Assembly (NCBI GenBank): GCA_963793305.1 | Contig: CAWBZV010000005.1 | Location: forward strand, 160,001-224,000 | Length of the DNA: 64,000 nt | Direction: 5' to 3' | From: an uncultured Gemmatimonadales bacterium | GTDB lineage: Bacteria; Gemmatimonadota; Gemmatimonadetes; Gemmatimonadales; Gemmatimonadaceae | Shown here: positions 63,022-64,000 of the stretch, piece by piece | Layout of the letters: the number at the start of each line of letters is the position of its first letter | Position numbering within the stretch: position 1 is the first letter of the stretch | Program-made: the position numbers and the translations under genes | Notes under the pieces: generated by a model | Told to the model about the DNA's origin: nothing | Seen by the model: the letters and a program-made list of their open reading frames with translations, nothing else | The model's database searches: none

Positions 63022-64000
63022 ATGCCACACAACGCCCTTCACTCCGGTGGCCGCGCGCGACGCGGCTTCACTCCGCGTCGCGGGTTCACGCTGACCGAGA
63101 TGATCATCGCGACGACGATGCTCGGGCTGTTTGGTGCCAGCGCGATCACGTTCTACCTGCGCAGCCTGCGGTCGGTCAGCAACACCGCCGGCCGAAACGA
63201 CGCGCAACAGAACGCGTCGTTCGCGCTCGACTTCATGGACCACGACCTCCGCATCGCGGGCACGGGCCTGGCGCAGAGCCAGCCGCTGTTCATCGCGGCG
63301 ACCAACACCTCGCTCGGGTTCAACGCCGACCTGATTACGCACGACACGTCGGCCTCGGCTCCCGGGACCTACTATGATCCGAGCGTGCCGGATTCGGTGG
63401 CGCTCGCGTGGCAGCAGTCCTCGGCGCAGAACATGAAGAATTCCTCCATCGCGTATCCGGAGTCCACGTTCCACCAGTCGGCAGGCGTCATCAGCGCCGC
63501 CGAGACCGTGCAGTTCTGGCTCACCCTGGATCCGACCCCGGGTGCGCCCGCCAATCGCTACTATATGATGCGCCAGGTGAACGGCAATGTGCCGTCGATC
63601 CTCGCGAAGAACATCTATTACAATCCGGCGACCTCAACGCCGCTGTTCCAGTACTACTACGTCGACTCGACGAACGCGCTGCACCAGTTCCCGACCGCGC
63701 GCATCACGGCCGGGTTCTTCCACAACGCGACGAGCCAGGCGACGCTCGATTCGATTCGCGAAGTGCGCGTGACCCTCACGGGTTGGTTCACGGATCCACA
63801 CAACGGCCAGAACGTCTATCGCACGGTGAACGAGCAGATCCGCATGCCGAACACGTACATGTCGCGGATCGCCGAGTGCAACAGCCCCCCGAGTCCCGTG
63901 GTGAGCTTTTCGGCTACCCCGAGCACGGGGGGGCAAGACACCGTGGGTCTGACCTGGGCCCCCTCGCCCGATGACCAGGCGGGGAAGAAGACCGTGCGCA
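63022..64000 (+). CDS. Minor pilin, PilW-like, running off the window edge
   Basis: RRG/FTLTEMII, DHDLRIAG; frame open to 64000, so absent from the ORF track. Confidence 0.8.
   Translation, partial: MPHNALHSGGRARRGFTPRRGFTLTEMIIATTMLGLFGASAITFYLRSLRSVSNTAGRNDAQQNASFALDFMDHDLRIAGTGLAQSQPLFIAATNTSLGFNADLITHDTSASAPGTYYDPSVPDSVALAWQQSSAQNMKNSSIAYPESTFHQSAGVISAAETVQFWLTLDPTPGAPANRYYMMRQVNGNVPSILAKNIYYNPATSTPLFQYYYVDSTNALHQFPTARITAGFFHNATSQATLDSIREVRVTLTGWFTDPHNGQNVYRTVNEQIRMPNTYMSRIAECNSPPSPVVSFSATPSTGGQDTVGLTWAPSPDDQAGKKTVR

Overview
High-GC bacterial chromosomal segment; gene content and order suggest Gemmatimonadota (inference, no search run). It is dominated by type IV pilus genes: pilB-pilT-pilC; pilS-pilR; two tandem major pilins; pilMNOPQ-aroC-aroK; and the start of a minor-pilin operon at the right edge. 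Housekeeping genes include ctaA/ctaB, lptFG-mlaED, gcvT/gcvP, arfB, topA-trmFO-xerC-hslVU, argF and bcp. The best candidate for an undescribed system lies between pilR and the pilins. There, three TMTC/DUF1736-like GT-C membrane glycosyltransferases and a DPM1-like GT2 sit directly upstream of two Ser/Thr-rich pilins, suggesting a bacterial TMTC-type pilin O-glycosylation system. A second signal is in the apparent errors: 8 of 11 frameshifts and several substitutions at invariant residues fall on or next to one motif (RCRTC/GAYGY). This suggests a DNA-modification imprint in a long-read consensus rather than real pseudogenes. The window also has a dispersed 94-bp repeat, a MITE-like element with 32-bp inverted ends, a collapsed K+/H+ antiporter remnant, a GT4-deacetylase-flippase-GT4 glycolipid module and many leaderless-type promoters. 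No rRNA, tRNA, CRISPR array or transposase was seen.
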